Of a DNA stretch of 64,000 nucleotides, positions 24,300 through 37,300 are shown in pieces. The translations under genes and the position numbers were made by a program. Location of the stretch: NCBI GenBank assembly GCA_964016885.1, contig OZ024742.1, positions 209,932,001 through 209,996,000 on the forward strand, read 5' to 3'. How positions within the stretch are numbered: position 1 is the stretch's first letter; each line of letters opens with the position of its first letter. The notes beneath the pieces were generated by a model. It had not been told where the DNA came from and made no database searches. It was given only the letters and a program-made list of their open reading frames with translations. The stretch is from Eledone cirrhosa (Eukaryota).

Positions 24300-24928
24300 T
24301 TAGTTAAGCAAAACAAGACCACAAATTTCACAAGGCAGACATTATTAAAAGAGTGTCAACATAGTTTTAGTTTAATGTAAGGAATGTAGAGAATAATAAT
24401 AATACTAACAATGTCCGTTTACAATTGTTTCGCTACTCCATATAATGTTTCTGGATCAAATGATTATAGATCATTATTGATCTGGTTCAGTTGAAGATAA
24501 TTAACTTAGGTACAATTAGAGCAGCTCATCGGAACTTCAAAAGGAATATAAATTAAAATAAAGAAAGAATGTTACAAGAATGTAATGTTCCATATATTGG
24601 TATTTCACTATGGTATCCTGGATATATCTATTGTCTGCCATAGTCGAGCAGTATTCTTCTGTCGAGGCTGCATTGTGTGAGATCTGCCTATGGGTAACAA
24701 GATGGCCGCCAATGGACATATTTACCTTACTAATTAGAGGGTGGTTTCAGGGGAAGTAACTCCTCGATCCAGAACCATTATATGGAGTAGCAAAACAATT
24801 GTAAACATTATTAATATGATTATTATTATTCTCTACATTCCTTACATTAAACTAAAACTATGTTGACAATATTTTAATAATGTCTTCCTTGTGAAATTTG
24901 TGGTCTTGCTTTGCTTAACTAATGAATA
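24293..24928. mobile_element. inverted-repeat element inserted in (TA)n, Penelope pLTR-like
   Basis: ~165-bp inverted arms at 24293-24457 and 24766-24928, (TA)n on both sides, no ORF, and a hammerhead motif overlapping the left arm. Confidence 0.8.
24417..24535 (-). ncRNA. minimal type-I hammerhead ribozyme motif
   Basis: GTT CCGATGA GCTGCTC [long insert] GAGTAGC GAAAC AATT GTA AAC: 3-bp stem I, 7-bp stem II, palindromic CAATTG loop III and GUA triplet. The core is a U4C variant. Confidence 0.72.
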
Positions 24929-24986
24929 TATATGTATATAAATATATATATACTAAATATATATATGTATATAAATATATATATAC

Positions 24987-25137
<151 letters not shown>

Positions 25138-26197
25138 GTTACCTTACTTTTTTCTCTTACTTTTAATAATGCTATGTTATATCAACATCCAGCCATGACA
25201 AGCAAAAGTTTTAAGTGCCAAGTCATGTATTTTCTTGACAGCACGAGCTATTATGACAATTTTGTTTTCTTCTCCAGTCTCAGCCACAATTAATTTATTG
25301 CCTTATCCACATCATAACATTGCTACTAACATTTAGAAATTTAAAAAAGTGATTCTGTTGACAGTACATTTATGCTTACCTATAATGAGCCGAATATTGT
25401 TCATTTCCTTTGTGTTACTGTTGTTGTCGTTTGTGCTATTTCTTTATTTCTCTTTCTTACTGCTGATTTCTCATTTTTACACCATATAAATCACCCAATG
25501 TTTTGTGTTTCGTCTTTGTATTGTCCTCGACATCCTATTGAGTCCAGTACAAGATATCATTCGTTTAGTCATTTCCTTTCAGATTTCACACTACAACCCT
25601 TTCCTTTAAAACTGATTTATTATTTAGTCTCATCAAAACAATTCCCTGTGTTGGGTTTCTACAGTATAGATTCTTTTCATACATGCGAACACTCACGTAC
25701 CGTCCCGTAGGCTGACGCGCGCACATTCACATAGAAACATTTTTTACTCATACACTGAAATTGAAATATATATACGTAAGTGGCACTCTATCGTTTCTGC
25801 CTATAATAATTAACAAGTTCAAATTTGGACTCGTGGACCCGGGACGAATAGTGTGAACCCTTATATCCTATGTTCTAGCGACTCTACCAATTCGCCACAT
25901 ATGATCTTAGATATAAGATGTCAGAAATAAAATACGACTGAAACACATTTTTTCATAGATCTTCTGGTTGACGCAGAGGGAGGCGACTAAACAACAACAA
26001 ACATAATTTATAAGGAAACCACCTCAACCATTACAACCATCAACACTACACAATTTGACAAAATATACATTCATGCAACCATCCAAATCCTTGATTCAAT
26101 CCCCCACATAAACACAATCATAAAAAGGATTTCTCCGCCTGGTGAGATAAAGTAAGATACTTTTACTTCATAATACATCATTATTAATATCGTTCCT

Positions 26198-26388
26198 GGT
26201 GGTGGATTGGCAGTATCGGTAGAGACTCGGACGCCATGCTTTCCAGCATAGTTACGTCCCTTTACGGTCTGAGTTCAAATCCCGCCGAGGTTTATTTTGC
26301 CTTTCATCCTTACGGGGTCGATAAAATAAAGTACCAGTAATGCACTGGGTAATTGCTGGCCTTGTGCCTAAAGTAGAAACAATTATTA
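26198..26388 (+). mobile_element. full-length tRNA-derived SINE family 1 with TSD
   Basis: A box TGGCAGTATCGG, B box GAGTTCAAATCC and flanking direct repeat ATTATTAATATCGTTCCT. Confidence 0.92.
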
Positions 26389-26530
26389 ATATCGTTCCTC
26401 ACATTGTGTTTATGACCCTATGTGTATATATAAGAATGTGTGTATTGTGTGTGTGTGTGTGTGTGTGCAGTCTTGATTATACACTCACAGTTATACTGAA
26501 TAAACTTTATATATATATTGTATTATTATA

Positions 26531-26625
26531 TGCGGAGTGCTGCGAAAAACCGAAAACAGCAGCCGAGATTCAGGAAGTCCTCGTCGACCATACGAGGCGC
26601 AAATCACCCGGTTTCGATGGGCTTA
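26531..26625 (+). mobile_element. small Tx1 ORF2 fragment
   Basis: Reads AECCEKPKTAAEIQEVL..RKSPGFDGL, matching AKSCEEPISAAEIEDVL..RKSPGLDGL of the intact ORF2. Confidence 0.75.
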
Positions 26626-26835
26626 TGATCCTTCTTGGCAGTATCGACTGATATGAAAATTCAACGATTAAGTAGTATATCATTTCACACGCTGGCTGCC
26701 TGACACTGTCTGACGAATCCAGCGAGCTCACCAAAGACCGTGCATGCGCAAGAATGATTGCGACTCCCCTCTGCCCACTTTTGTCTTCCTAACGTCATTA
26801 CATTGGGAAAAAATAAAGCCGAATACATATAGATA

Positions 26836-29800
26836 TATTTCTTTATTTACCATAAAGGCATAAAAAGAAGGGACAAATACAAAGGGGGAGTTTACATAAA
26901 ACCAAGTAAAAAGGGTATAAAATGAAAATAATCGAAAACAACCTCAAAAGGGAGGGAACGTGATGGGGGTTGCACACCCCCCCGAAAAAGTGTGCAATCC
27001 TTTGCCCGGGGAGCACATGGAGAAGGTGCTCCCCTCTCCTTCACTTCTTTACCTACAGGATGGTATACAGAGAAGGCCCATTTACACGAGCCATTCTCGC
27101 CACTATCACCCACCTTTCATAAAACTGCCTGTGGCCAAGCACCTCTCCCTCCATTCTTATCCTTCTTCCGAAGTGATATCGGAAGAAGTAGACCAGACTA
27201 TGGCCAGAGAGGAATTTGCCTGACCTCAGACCTTTCAATCGTGTCCACCAAACAACCGCTTTCAACATGGCTATTACGCACAGAAAAACCGCCTTTGCTT
27301 CCTTTGTGAAGAGGGGAGGCGGCTTGATTGTCTTCACGGACTCGGCGGTCAATCGAATCGGTGCCACCCGCGATAGCAGTCGTTCGGCGTAGCCCCACAG
27401 ATCAGCCACTCCCGGACATTGCACCAATGCGTGCGCAACGGTTTCTTCGTGACAAACGCATCTAGGACAAAGCTTTTTTCGGGGGATCCCTGCCCGGGCG
27501 CCCGTGTCTGTAGAGCCTCTCTCGAACGGGTAGAGCCCCCCGGTAGCACTGCCAGGCTAGTGACTTCTAGAAGTTGTCCATTGGTCCCGGGCCGAAAGTC
27601 CTACCGAACAGGCTGGTCAGTTCGTTCTCTTCCATGTCCAGTGACTCTCCAAGGGTGTCATCGCCTCTGCTAGCCACCAGCCCTCTATAGAATGATGAGG
27701 TGGATTCTCCACCGATGGCCGGGCCCGCTTGCCAGAGAGCCCTGAGCGCCTGGGCACACTCAGTGTGCCAGTCTCCCAGTTTTCCGGATCTTTGCTTGAC
27801 CCAGGAGTGCAGCTCGGTGAGCGAGACGAGTCTCAGAAAGGCTCGTTTCACGAACGGAGCCCACACCGGTTGACCAGTGAGGAATACCTGTAGGTGCCGT
27901 AGCCTTAATGCGTGCCTACGCATCATCAACCACGGCATCCCCAGCCCTCCTTTCGAAGGTTGTTGGCAGCAGATGGATCTTCTCACCATAGGAGGGCGCT
28001 TCTTCCAAAGAAATTGGAAGAGCATGCGTTCCATGGTGGTGAGTGTTTCCTTAGGGCAAGGCACGACAGTCAGGCAGTAGTAAGTGACGGACGCTATGTA
28101 AATGTTCGCCACCTCCGCCCGACCTTTTAGGGACAGCTTACACTTGGCCCATTTCTGGGTTAGTGCAAACACCTTGTTCGTAACCTCGTCCCAGTTCTTT
28201 TCCACCTGGAGGTCCGGTCCAAACCAGACCCCAAGCAACTTCACCGGGCCCTCCGTCCAGTGTCCGACGACACCGTCGGGAGGCATCGGTCTGCCTCTCC
28301 ACGTTCCGAGTTGCAGCCCGATGGATTTTTCCCGGTTCAGTTTCGCTCCTGACGACCTTTCGTAATCCTCCAGTAAGGTACCGATCGCCTCGATCTCCGA
28401 GTCGGTCGATACCATTACTGTTACGTCATCGGCGTAGGCCGACACCGCTTTGCTCAATCCTGGTTCCAGGGGGATACCCTGCAACAACCCCAACTTCCTC
28501 AGTAAAGGCTCGAGAGTCAATACGTACAGAAGGGAGGAGAGAGGGCACCCCTGTCGAATGGATCGTGTGATTTCGAACGGCTTCGAAAGGTAGCCGTTCA
28601 CCTTGATCCTAGAACAGATGTGGTTGCTATGTAAGGCAGTGATCCAGCCTCTGAAAACAGGACCGAACCCAGCCGCCGCTAGCACCGCATCCAGGTAACC
28701 ATGGTCGACCCTATCGAAGGCCTTAGACTGATCCAAGTTGATCAGGGCCCCACCGAAGCCGGGTTTGTTGCCAACCCTCTCTATGATGTATCGCATGAGG
28801 TGGAGGTTATCGTGAATGAACCTGGATGGGATAGCACATGTCTGCGCATCTCCCACCAGGCCACCCACGACAGGCGCCAACCTCTTTGCTAACACCTTGG
28901 CCAAAATCTTTAACTCTGTGTTTAGCAGGGTTATGGGCCGAAAATTATTTATACTATCCCCCTTGTTCTCGTCCTTCCTCACCAGCGAGACTACGCCCTT
29001 GGCTACAGAACAAGGAATTCTCCCGTTCTGCTGCCAATTGCAGTAGACCGCTTCGAGGAGTTCGGAGAAGAAAGCCGGCATTGCTAAATAAAGTTCGTAA
29101 GGTATACCATCGAGACCTGGAGATTTGCGTCTGCTGCATTAGCTCAGCGCATCCCCGATCTCATCAGCCGAGATTGGTCCCTCGCAGGACTCTGCCTCTT
29201 CGCTCGAGAGACGCGGCAGGCCGTCGAGGTATGGACCAAAATCCACGTCCCCACCCGGATCCTCGCCTCCCCCGAATAATCGGGCAAAGTGCCTTTGAAA
29301 GGCCTCGCACATCTGCTTAGGCTCCCGGATCACCCGTCCATCCTCGTCTTGCAAAGACCGGATGGTGGATCGATTTCCACTCTTAGCTTCTGTCACGCGG
29401 GCCCAGCCAACGGCTTTGGCCCCCTCATTACCTAGAGCACGTATTTTACTTCGAATGACGCAGCCTTCGTGCTTTGCATCGAAAAACTGGCTCAATGCCG
29501 TCCTCGATGCCAGCACTCTGGCCACATCTTCGCTCTTGATTGCCTCTTCTAATTTACCTGTTAATTCTTTCTCGTTTCTATTCCTATCGGCAGCTAACAT
29601 CTTGCTATAACTTATTGATTCTGTTCTAATCTCTCTTTTGAGAGATGCCCACCATCGGTTGTTGACGATTGCACCCGTCAACCTCTCCTTAACTAATCTG
29701 CTAATCCGGTTTCTGTAAGTCTCTTTTGCCGGTAAAGACAAATTAAGTTTCCAGTAACCGGGACCCTGTTTATGTGTTTTCTCGAGATTGACTACGCAGG

Positions 29801-32648
29801 TCACTAATTTGTGATCCGTATAGCCAACCGGACAGCTTAATATGTCCCTATCCTTACTTCTAACTAAGAATCTATCTAAGTACGATCTAGATTGACCACT
29901 ATGGTTCGTCCAAGTCCAGGTTGGCACAGTCGGAAAATCTAGTCGATATCTATCGACCAAGTTAAAACGGTCGAGTAACCCCTTGAGGCTGTTACACTCC
30001 CCTCTATTAGGACATGCTCCTGCATAGTCTCAACGTGCATCTAGGATGTCATTCCAATCCCCCGCTAGAAGCAGGGAACGCGACGTTCCCAGAAAAGTCT
30101 CCAAACGCTGGAAGAAGTCGGGCCGTTCAGCTCCGAAAGGGGAGTAGACGGCGACCAGTCTCAAGGCCGCACCTTCACTACTGCCAACGTCTAGCACCAA
30201 CAAACGACCCTCCGGGTCCGAGTGAACAACCTGTACGGCAAGACCCAGGTGTTTTTCCAGCAGTACGACAACCCACCCCCACCTCCAGGTTGACAGAGAG
30301 ATGCATGCACCTCAAAGTCATCGAAGGTAGGGGCCAGCTGCCGCACGACGCTGATCCGAGTCTCACAGATAACCATTACATTTATACCACGTGACCTGAG
30401 GTCATTTAAAAGCTTTGCTTGCTTCCAAGTTGAGCCCAGGCCACGTGCATTCAAACATCCTACTCTTAACACATCCATGTCGGCGGCAAAGCCAAAGGAG
30501 AGTGTAAAGACCTACCTTTCTGTTTCCCGGGGTTCGGGTCGCACGACTTCCATGGGGTCGGGGGTGTTGGGTGAAGGGGTGTCTTGTGGTGGTGTGGGGT
30601 CGTCAGTGTGTGGTGGGGTTGGGGTGTTTTGAGTTGTGTTGGGGAGGGAAAGGGGAGGGGTAAAGCTTTTTAGTAGGACGTGGTTTATGGGTTTGACAGA
30701 GGGTGGTCCTACGTCCTCCTTAAAATCCTTTTTTAGTTTTTGGTAGAGGTTCATTGGGATCTTTATTAATTTTAAATGTGGGTAGTTTTCTGAAGAAACA
30801 AAGTTTACACCTTCGGTTTGTACCGAAGGGTTATTGTTTATGAGTTCATTTAATTTATTATTGTTTCTGTTGATGTAAGTATAGTGTAATGTCTTTTTTT
30901 CGGATGGTGTGAGTGTTTCGAAGAGGGGAGGGGCAGGTTTGGTTTTGTTTGTTGCTGGAGGGGTGTTTTGTGTTTTGTTGGATTGTGTTGACATTTGGGT
31001 AGGGGTTGTTTGGCCTTGTGTGTTTTGCACATGTTTTCTTTTTTTCCTTTTAATCTGTCTGAAGGACTCCGTTTCTTCCTCCGAATTCGTTGGGTTATCT
31101 TCAGTGTTGGAGGGAAGAGGTATGTTTGCTGGTAATGTTTCCGTGTTAGTTTTCTTTGTGGGGGAGATGGATGTCACTATGTTAGATTGTGTTGTGTGTT
31201 GTGGCTGCGGTGGTTGTGTTGTTTTATTGGGTGAGGGGTTGGGTGGGACTGTGTTTTGTTTTTGGGTAATGTGTTGTGACTGTTTGTGTTGTGGTGGTGG
31301 TGTAGTTTTACTGAGGGACGGGTTGGGTGCGACTGAGTTTTGTTGTTTGTTTATCTGTTGTGGTGGTGGTGGAGCTGGTGTTGGTAGCAGTGTTTTCTTC
31401 TTGTTGAGTTGGGGACAAGCCGCCTTCAGGTGCCCTCTGCCTGCACAGATATGACAGGACGGCCTTCTCCCCTCCACGCTAATGTTTATATACCCGTGGC
31501 CCTCTAATAGGATTCTGTCGGGTATTTGGGCAATGCGTTGAGGCTTCATTTGCACCACAAGTTCTATACCTGTTCCACTGAACGCATTGCCTGTGGTTTT
31601 CCCAATGGAAATCACGTTGTCATTCGCTGGATCGATGAAGCCATCTATGAGCCAGCAGTAGTCCACATCTGGCATCATCGCATCCAGCCATATGCGCTGA
31701 GTTCTTTTACCCATATAAGATGGATAAAAGGTAAAATTTGTTGAACGAATCAGCGACAAAGCATATTTTTTTGCCGCCGATTCGTTCTTCATAATAATCG
31801 CTAGGCTTCCATACAGTCTGTCTCTTCTTATGAAAGTGGTTTCACTAAGTACTTCTGTAAGTACTGCTTTGATTTCTGTTTGTTTGGTTGTTGAGTTTTT
31901 TAGAAATGTTGTTGATGGTGCGGAAAACGACCGTCCGACTTTCAATGTCTTTGGTGAGTTCTTGAGGCATTTTTACCGATAAAATACCATTTTCCCCTTG
32001 AGTTATGTATTGTTTGGCGTTTTTAATTCTTTGTGCCACATCTGAAATATTTTCAGGTATATATGTCAAAGATTTCTTTGTTGTTTGTGCAAATGAAATA
32101 TTATTGGTGTTGACTTTGTCGTCTGCTTTGCTTTCTGTTATGATGTTGTTTTCAAATGTTATTTTTGTGTTTGTTGTGTCTTTGTTTGTGGTATTAATAT
32201 TGTCATGCAATTTTTCAAATTTTTTTTTGTTGTTGGAATCAATGTCCAGATTTGTGTTTTCGTCATTTTTCTCCGCACATTCGTCTGTTTTTATTTTATT
32301 TTTTCTTTCCTTCTCTATGACGTTAGTTGGGAAGGAATGGGGGACTAAAGCGTGCGAGCTTACAACTCTTACCGCTGTCCCCTCACCACTATTTTCGTTA
32401 GCTTCGTTTAACATTTCTGTCAGACGATTGAAATTTTATGCCACAAAATTTCAAAAAACAGGTTTTTCACTCCTGGGAGGGGCGAAGATGAGCTGACTCA
32501 CCGCCTGACAGTTCAGACGGGGGGTCAAGCTACACAATAGTATCAAAATTAAAATTGAACTTACAAAATTTCAGCAATAAATTTGAACAAAACTTCTGCG
32601 CGAAGTGAATTACATCTACGCTGTCGAACAGACGACAGCTAGATCCTT
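26836..32648 (-). mobile_element. full-length degenerate Tx1-like LINE (copy A) with an 18-bp TSD
   Basis: ORF1 ~32414-30512 (CHICAGRGHLKAAC knuckle; frameshifted) and ORF2 30478-27053 (several disruptions). TSD GCCGAATACA(T/G)ATAGATA at 26818-26835 and 32649-32666. Confidence 0.95.
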
Positions 32649-32657
32649 GCCGAATAC

Positions 32658-32726
<69 letters not shown>

Positions 32727-33998
32727 TCTTTATTTGACACAGGGGCGTACAAAAATAGGACATTACAAGACGTGACGGCGGGGCTTTTACATAAAATCTT
32801 TAACAATGATGAATAACAATAAACTATATATAAAATAACAATTGAAATCCTCAATGGGGGGGGTCGTTACTGCGGGGTTGCTTTACACCCCGTGGTTAGA
32901 ACAACCCTCAACGCTTGGTAGACGGCTGTGAGCGCGTGAAGGCACTCGAGGTGCCAGGCGCCCATTTTCGGTCTTCGCTTGACCCAGGACTTCAGCTCTG
33001 TTAGTGAGACGAGTTGTGGAAGCGCTCGTCTCACAAGCGACAGCCACACCGGTTCGCCGGTCAGGAATACCTGGAGATGGCGTAGCCTCAGCGCGTGTTT
33101 GCGCATCATCAGCCACGGCATACCCAGTCCTCCGTTAGATGGATCTCACCAATAGAGCCTATTTCTTCCAGAGGAACTTGAAGTGTAGGCGTTCCATTTT
33201 GGTGAGGTATTCACGGGGAAAAGGCCCGACAGTCAAGCGGTAGTAGATGACGGACGTTATGTAAATGTTCGCCACCTCTGCACGACCTTTCAAGGAGAGT
33301 TTGCACTCAGCCTACTTCTGGGTGAGTGCAAACACCTTCTTCGCCGTGACCTCGTTCCAGTTTTTCTCCACCTGGAGGTCTGGACCAATCCAGACCCAGA
33401 GGAATTACACCGGTCCTTCCGTCCAGCGTCCAACAACACTATCGGATGGCATCGGTTTGCCTTTCCATGTGCGGAGTTGCAAACCGACAGACTTATTTGA
33501 GTTTAGTCTTGCTCCTGTCAACGTTTCGTATTCCTGTAATAGGTTCCCGATTAGCCCAATTTCCGAGGTTTTCGATAACATTACAGTTACGTCGTCGGCA
33601 TAGGCCGACGCTACTTTCCGCAATCCTGGTTCGATCGGGATGCTCTGCAACAGTTTCAACTTCCAGAGTAATAGCTCAGTATATACAGTAATAGAGTCAG
33701 TACATACAGAATGGAGGAGAGAGGGCATCCCTGACGGATTGAACGCATGATTTGGAATGGCTCCGATAGGTAGCCATTCACCTTGAATGCCGAGCAGATG
33801 CTGGTGTGCATGGCAGCGATCCAGCCTCTGAAGACGGGGCCGAAGCCGGCCGCCTTGAGATCCGCATCCAAGTATTGATGGTCGAAACTATCAAATGCCT
33901 TACACTGATCTAAATTGATCAGAGCCCCACCGAAGTCAGGTTTACATCCTACCCTCTCTATGATGTATAACATGAGGTGGAGGTTGTCGTGTATGGAC
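32727..33998 (-). mobile_element. 5'-truncated, internally deleted Tx1-like LINE (copy B)
   Basis: Starts at SIHDNLHLM, includes AYADD and ends AATAAA-(TATC)n. (GATA)n lies on both sides. Confidence 0.9.
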
Positions 33999-34009
33999 AG
34001 ATAGGTAGG

Positions 34010-34096
<87 letters not shown>

Positions 34097-34359
34097 GTTT
34101 CTTTTATTTGCCACTAGGGCATCAAAAGTGGGACAAGTACAAAGGGGGGAGTTTACACAAAAAGGCGTCCTCAATAAGGAGGAGGCAATAACAAAATATA
34201 AAAATAAAATAAGATATAACAAAAAATAAAATTTTTAACAAAATCCTCAATAGAGAGGAGGCGCCTTGGGGGGTCGCACACACCCCCGAAAAAAGTGTGC
34301 AACCCTTTTCCTCAGGAGCACAGAGAGGGGGTGCTCCCTCGTTCCTTCCTCTTTTCCAC

Positions 34360-37300
34360 CTACAGGCTTATGTAAAGAGAAGGCCCATTCACACGGGCCA
34401 TTCTCGCCACTTTCACCCACCTTTCATAAAAACGACTGGGGTGCAGCACCTCTCTCTCCATCCTGATCCTTCTTCCGAAATGATATCGGAAGAAACGGAC
34501 CAGTTGTTGGCCAGAGAGAAAGGTGCCTGACTTCAGTCCTTTCAGACGCGTCCACCATACAACCTCTTTCTCCATGGCTATTACGCACAGAAACACCGCC
34601 TCTGCTTCATCTTTGAAGGGGGGAGGCGGCTTGATCATTACAATAGACTCGGTGGTCAACCGGATCGGTCCCACCCTTGACAGCAGTTGTTCGACATAGC
34701 CCCACAGATCGGCTACGCCCGAGCAGTGTACCAATGCGTGTGCAACGGTTTCCTCGTCGCACACGCATCTGGGACAGATCTTTTTGGCGGGGTCCCTACC
34801 CGGGCGCCCGTGTCTGTAGAGCCTTTCTCGAACGGGTAAAGCCCCTCGGTAGCACTGCCAGGCCAGGGACTTCTGGAAGTTGTCCATAGGTCCCGGGCTG
34901 TATGTCCTACCGAACAGGCTGGCCAGTTCGTCCTCCTCCATGTCTAGGGCTTCTCCGAGGGCGTCGTCGCACCTGCTGCGTACCAGCCCTCTATAGAATG
35001 TTGCGGTGGAGTCTCCACTGATAACCGGATCCGCCTGCCAGAGGGCGGTGAGCGCCTGGGCACACTCAGTGTGCCAGGCGCCCAGTTTTCTCGGTCTTTG
35101 CTTGACCCAGGATTGCAGCTCGGTGAGTGAGACGAGTCTGGGAAAGGTTCGTCTCACAAACGAGGCCCACACCGGTTGTCCGGTGAGGAATACGTAGAGG
35201 TGCCGTAGCCTTAATGCGTGTTTACGCATCATTAGCCACGGCATCCCCAGCCCTCCTTTCGAAGGGTGTTGACAGCAGATGGATCTCCTCACCATAGGAG
35301 CCCGCCCCTTCCAAAGTAATTGGAAGAGCGCGCGCTCCATCTTGGTGAGGGTTTCCCTTGGGCAGGGCACTACGGTCAGGCGGTAGTAGATGACGGACGC
35401 TATATAAGTGTTCGCCACCTCCGCCCGACCTTTCAGGGATAGTTTGCAACTGGCCCACTTCTGGGTCAGTGCAAACACCCTGTTCGTAACCTCCGCCCAG
35501 TTTTTCTCCACCTGGAGGTCCGGTCCGAACCAGACCCCGAGCAACTTCACCGGGCCCTCCGTCCAGCGTCCGACGACGCCATCGGAGGGCATCGGTCTGC
35601 CCCTCCACGTGCCGAGTTGCAAACCGATCGACTTGTCCCGGTTCAGCTTAGCCCCTGTGAACTTTTCGTACTCCTCCAGTAAGGTGCCGACCGCCTCGAT
35701 TTCGGAGGCCGTCGACACCATTACTGTCACATCATCGGCGTAGGCTGACATCGCTTTCCGCAATCCCGGTTCCAAAGGGATGCCCTGCAACAACTCCAAC
35801 TTCCGCAGTAGTGGCTCGAGAGTCAACACATACAGAAGGGAGGAGAGAGGGCACCCTTGTCGGATGGACCGCGCGATTTTGAACGGCTCCGAGAGGTAGC
35901 CGTTCACCTTGACCCTAGAGCAGATGCGGCTGCTGTGCATAGCAGTGATCCAGCCCCTGAAAACGGGTCCGAAGCCTGCCGCCGCTAGCACCGCATCCAG
36001 GTAACCATGGTCGACCCTATCGAACGCCTTAGATTGATCCAAGTTGATCAGAGCCCCACCAAAGCCGGGTTCGTTCCCAACCCTCTCTATGATGTATCGC
36101 ATGAGGTGGAGGTTGTCATGGATGGACCTGGACGGGATAGCGCATGTCTGCGCATCTCCCACCAGGTTGCCCACGACAAGCGCCAACCTCTTTGCTAGCA
36201 CCTTGGCCAAAATCTGTAACTCTGTATTTAGCAGAGTTATGGGCCTGAAGTTACTTATTTCGTCCCCCTTGTTCTCGTCCTTCCTCACTAGCGTGACTAC
36301 GCCCTTGGTCACAGTACAGGGAATTCTCCCGTTCTGTTGCCAGTTGCAGTAGACCGCCTCGAGGAGATCGGGGAACAAGTCCGGCATAGCTAGATATAAT
36401 TCGTAAGGAAGACCATCGAGACCCGGGGATTTGCGTTTGCCGCATTGGCCCAGCACGTCCTCTATCTCAGCGGCCGAAATCGGCTCCTCGCAAGACTTCG
36501 CCTCCCTGTCCGAGAGGCGCGGCAGGCCGTCGAGGTATGGACCGAAGTCCACGTTTCCAACCGGCTCCCCGCCCCTCCCGAACAGTCGGGCAAAGTGCCT
36601 TTGAAAGGCCTCACACATCTGCTTAGGCTCAAGAATCGCCCGTCCATCCAGGTCTCGCAAAGACCGGATGGTGGATTTAGTTCCACTGTTGGCCTCTGTC
36701 ACGCGGGCCCAGCTAACAGCTTTGGCCCCCTCGTTCCCTAGAGCACGTATTTTACTTCGGACAACGCAGCCTTCGTGCTTCGCGTCGAAAAACTGGCTCA
36801 AAGCCGTTCTCGACGCTAGCACTCTGGCCACGTCGCCGCTTCTAATTGCCTCTTCTACTCTATCTATTAGCTCCCTTTCCTTCCTATTCCTATCCGCAGC
36901 TAGAACCTTACTAAATTCAATCGAGACTACTCTAATCTCTCTCTTTAGAGATACCCACCACCTGCTGTTGACGATCGCTCCAGTCAACCGTTCCTTAACT
37001 AACCTACTAATCCGATTCCTGTAGGCTCTACTTGCCGGCAAGGACAAGTTGAGCTTCCAGTAACCGGGGCCCTGTCTATGCGTTCTATCAAGGTTGACCA
37101 TGCAGGTCACCAACTTGTGGTCTGAATAGCCAACCATGAGCATTTCTGGACAACTTAAAAAGTCCCTGTCCTTATTTCTAACTAAAAATCTATCTAGGTA
37201 CGATCTAGATGATCCGCTGCGATTTGACCAAGACCAGGTTGGCACCGTCGGAAAATCTAGTCGAAATCTATCGGCCAGGTCAAATCGGCCGAGTAACCCC

